DNA of 64,000 nt from Marsupella aquatica. Taxonomy: Eukaryota > Plantae > Marchantiophyta. Under the pieces are notes generated by a model. It did no database searches and had not been told where the DNA came from. It saw nothing but the letters and a program-made list of their open reading frames with translations. Both the position numbers and the translations under genes were made by a program. This document shows, piece after piece, positions 60,002-64,000 of this stretch (positions are counted from its first letter, which is position 1; the number at the start of each line of letters is the position of its first letter). The stretch spans positions 23,262,558 through 23,326,557 of the forward strand of contig OZ316895.1 of the NCBI GenBank assembly GCA_973895155.1. The letters run 5' to 3'.

Positions 60002-62354
60002 GCAGTACAAACACCAAATGGAAATCCCTTGCTTTCACTCTATTGTACTTTGTTTGGCCATTTATAATGAATTGGTCATTTTCATAAGGGTTGGGAGTGC
60101 CCTATGGAGGTGGTCTGGAATTCTAGACAGAATCAGCACTTTCCATTCATTTCCTTCGGGCCCACTGCTTGCCACTCAGGACCGGTAGTACCTGGATGTG
60201 CCCGAGTTGTAAAGCCAATAGCAAGTCTTTCCATCTCGCTTTCCACTCATTCTAAGGTCCCATAGGGAATCAAAGAAGAAGCCTTGGGCCTGACATCTTG
60301 TAAAGTCACCGTTGCATAACCTACTGAAGCTAACCCCACAAACTCCAAAAGAGGACACCATAACAACTGGTAGATTCTTACTGCCTCCCCCCCCCCCCCC
60401 AATCAGTGTAGTCACAAAGGAGAGCACCAACTATTGGTGAGAAATCATTGGGGGTCTGTAATGTCTTTTGCTGTTGGTGATTATGCAGAGAGTTCATGGT
60501 CTGCATGGGACCATCAACATAATTATGCCCAAATGTATCCCACATGATACTCATGATGTCTAGCTCCTCTCTGAGTTTGGTTCAATTGTGTGGCCCATCT
60601 GACACTTGTTTCTGATAACACATGCAGCCCTTTTTTTTATGAAAGGAGGAAACCCAGCAGGGAGACACCCAAATATGGGGTTCTTGCATTCAGCAGAATA
60701 GATTGTTTCTGGACGTATGGAACCAGATTTTTCTCCCTGCTGGGAAGAAAAAATGGAGTTCTTGCATTTTATGCACATGTGGTCCAGGATATAGGGAACC
60801 AGATTTAAACACACAACACTTTTACCACGGTGCTTGGTGTGGTGGACTTTTGCCAAATTCTTGTCCAAGATTTGGGCCGGCAAATATCAACCAAGATTTG
60901 GGCCAGCAACTAGGGTTTATGACTTTCTGACTGCCTAGATTTTGTGCCCTCCCTATCGCAGTGCTTAATGACATCGTGTACTACATCTGGACAACATCAT
61001 CATCTGTGTAAACGACTTTCTTCCAATAGTGCAAGTACTAGAATTCTTTGGGGACAAACACTCGTCAATGAAATGTGCATACCATACTGCCATCAAGAAT
61101 AGCGTGTGAGCGAATAGTCAAAAACTGTGTGATGACCAAAAGTACATTCTACATATTTCTCTTTCGCAATCTTTTCTCATCATAAATGATTATTTTTGGC
61201 CTTTGTTCGCAATTCTTATTTTAAGCAAAATATCAAAATAGCATCTGTTCCCACAATTTATGCAAACTAGCTCAGGGGCTGTTATAGGTAGCAGTTGGGG
61301 TGATCATGAGCTATTTTGAAAAGGGCGTTGTAGGAGTAAGACGACGAGGGAAAGTGGAGGGGGGATAGTATAAAACTTAAACAGAGGGGCTAGCTTTAGT
61401 GAGCCGACACATGCCAGCCATGCTCTCCAGGTCCCTGGAGACCATGCCCTTCTAAAAGTGTCATTTAAAAGAGAAGGAGTGGGGAGAGCAAGGAATCAAG
61501 CATTTAAAAAACTGAAATACATGCAACCAGGGGATAGGGGAGGGGGCAGGTTTGTTTGTAGTTTTTCTGGCCACTTCTTCTAAAGTTTTTCACAGGAAGG
61601 GCACGTGGCTAAATTGCCCTACTCCCGTCCCTTCCCCCTTCAACAGAAAAGGCAACCCAGAGTATTGTTTTTCTATTTCAGATGAGGGAGTCAGAAGGTT
61701 TATGTCTATGTTTTGTTTTTGAGATATAAAATGTGTGTGTTTATTTTCTTCTGGGGGCGAGGTGAATTGTATTGGGCTGGGGCGAATCATCCATCATCCA
61801 CCCTGCTCCAACCCTGAATTGCTTTAGTCCCCCACCCGAATGTCTCATTTCTTAGCAGACTATCTACTTAAAATCTCTTGCCCCCACTTGGATTATTTTT
61901 CTTTGCCTTCATTATTGTTTTGCTGCTATACATATTGTTTGCCCACCCATGTTTGTTTCAGAGTCTCCTTTGTCCAAGTGTATGTTGGGGTCTCTCTTGC
62001 CTCACACACCATTGCACCTTGTCGTTGCTCACACCCCAACAGCTGCACATGCCTACTCTTGCATTGGGTTCACCTCTTGCCTAGGGTCCAAGCTCTCCTC
62101 CCTCTCACCTCTACCCTTTAACCAACAATATTTTGACCAAGCTTTTCACTCTACTTTCCACCTTCAATAACAACACTTTCCTTACCGACAGCCTTCCTAA
62201 AAATGCGACTTGAGGGGGAGGGAGAAAAAAGAAGGGGAGGAGAAGGGGGAGAAATAGAATAAAGGGAGGGGAGGGATTGAGTGCTGAAATTATCACACAA
62301 TAATCATTAATTAGCTAGAAAGATTAAAAAATGTAAATTGTTCATTTTCTGTGG

Positions 62355-62437
62355 GGTTTCACAGATTTCCCCTTAAATTATTATATAAAAAAATGAGGTT
62401 TCACAGATTCTCCCTTAAATTATGATATAAAAAAATG
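62355..62437. repeat. 42-bp tandem duplication
   Basis: GGTTTCACAGATT..CCCTTAAATTAT.ATATAAAAAAATG twice. Confidence 0.8.
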
Positions 62438-63899
62438 TCTACAGTAGATGATTATTCCTCACCTGGTCTTCTTGCCCGTTACAAACTTTCTCCTTCAGGC
62501 TTCTCATTCCTGACCTCCTGTCAACCAGAAAATCAGAAAACCCTACCCCGACTCTCCTCCTCGCTTGCACTGCACATTCTTTCTCTTTTGACTTTTGTCC
62601 CCACTCACCATGCAGACCATCATCTCTCTTCCCAATCTGTCCAACTTCTTCCTCCCATGAAGAAGTTGGACAGATGAAGTATTTGCTGCCTTGTGTGTTG
62701 ACGACATGGATTCAAAGGCAACACTTGAATCACAAGAACATTTTCCAAAAAGGACAACACTTCCATGCAACTAAGTCTCCAAAGATTTCCAACTTTTTTG
62801 CCTGCCACTACAGTTCAATTTACTATTCCCCTGCAATCTTCCCTCAACCACAACACTTTCTCTTTGACAACAGTTCCACTTAACACTATCTCAGTTAACA
62901 ACATTTTTACTTAACTACACTTCCTGTTAACTACTTTGTGCATCCCAAACTCTATGGTCCTCATTGTCGTGCCATCAGCCTCCCCTCTCTCCAGGCTTAC
63001 CCAAACTATTGGACTGATAACACTTTTGCAATGACGAAGTTTCACATCACTAACACATGTTCTAATGGGTCATGCTCTGACCATCTTTGGCATTGACAAC
63101 ACTTTGTTTACCGTTAGTTCCACTCATAGTGAGAACAATACAACGCTTCAGAATAGATTATATGAATTTCCACTAACAAAATTTATGCAATAACAACATG
63201 GCCACAACAAGAACTTTGCCACTCAGAGGCATTGGACAAGTTTGCATACAAAGTCCACCACTCTAAAACAATTTAGCACGTCTTAGGCAACGGGTTTAAT
63301 TTAATATAGAGTCAAAATGCCCATGCTTCATTGGTCCTAATTGGTTTTTTTTTCTTAATGAGGAAATCTCTTGAGTGGCTGCAAGTGACCCGATAGGTGG
63401 GGGAAACTCAGTTTTATATCTTCATATTTTTATATTTTTCAGTTGGTCCTAAATATTTTATCCTTCATTATTGGATTCGAAAGCAGATCCGAACTCATGC
63501 AGTCCTAAAAGGGCTTTAGGACGGATGTCGTCAGGACTACCTAAGTCAAGGCAATAATTGCCATTGTTGATCACCTGCGTGGGGCCTGGCCATCAGGGCA
63601 ATTGGTCAGGGGTGACGTGCGACCACCTGGTGTCAAGGTCAATTGCAGCCAATGCCCACCCACCCCCCCCCCCCCCCAAAAAAAAAAACAAACGGGTTCT
63701 TCTAAAGCTTACTCATCAGTTTATAGACGGGTTCTGCTCACCAAAGTGACTCGGGTGGGGTCAATGTGTACTACTTCACAGGCTGGAGCTTGCGTTAGTT
63801 TAAGAGTTATCTATAAAAATGCGAAAGTATGAACGGGGTGCTTGAAGTAGCTTAAGAATTATTTTAAAAACTATAAAAGTATAAATGGGGTGTTTTTTC

Positions 63900-64000
63900 T
63901 GTTGGAGATAATACATATTCCCGAAATATCATGCACATGTGAACACCATACAAAGTAGTCAACACAACGAGTACGTGGTTCATCTCATGACCGAGACTAT
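63900..64000. mobile_element. Start of another Copia-type LTR, cut by the window edge
   Basis: TGTTGGAG terminus followed about 70 nt later by TAGTCAACAC...TACGTGGTTCATCTCA...GAGACTA, the same layout as 13923 and 57030. Confidence 0.6.

Noticed and set aside
60985-61045. Minus-strand YWKKVVYTDDDVVQ resembling Tc1 WxxVxWSDE or GT8 KVVFLDDDVVVQ
   Set aside because: Only about 15 codons between stops, with no flanking similarity to either family.
63120-63270. Possible MULE SWIM-finger relic on the minus strand (VVDFVCK..C..EWQ...PCC)
   Set aside because: It needs several frameshifts to assemble and cannot be supported without an HMM search.

Overview
Eukaryotic land-plant nuclear DNA (GT-AG introns, plant gene families, plant Copia/L1 elements). 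Short introns with weak polypyrimidine tracts and long GA-rich leaders suggest a bryophyte or other non-seed plant, but that is inference. I spliced three recognisable intact genes by hand, all on the + strand: ATP-dependent PEP carboxykinase (5328-9417, 12 coding exons, 674 aa), a CDC50/LEM3 (ALIS) flippase beta-subunit (16198-18531, 8 exons, 362 aa) and a GH28 polygalacturonase-like gene (39774-43818, 5 exons, 505 aa). A full-length, recently inactivated Ty1/Copia element lies at 22140-28097 (- strand; 324-bp LTRs, CAGCC target-site duplication). The rest is a transposon-relic landscape: solo and deleted LTRs of a second Copia family, L1 fragments, MITEs, a tRNA-derived SINE family and tandem repeats. 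The top unexpected signal is invisible to the ORF track: a candidate micro-exon gene on the - strand convergent with PEPCK (CDS 10895->9719). Its seven coding pieces of 4-69 nt, with five consecutive phase-2 introns, splice into a 64-aa Cys-containing microprotein I do not recognise. Other leads are a hairpin-dense GC island (12.5-13.1 kb), an orphan GTAC-rich promoter-like block (31.1-31.4 kb) and a TATA-led unit carrying a Gypsy integrase scrap (50.7-51.9 kb). All exon models are manual and need RNA-seq confirmation.
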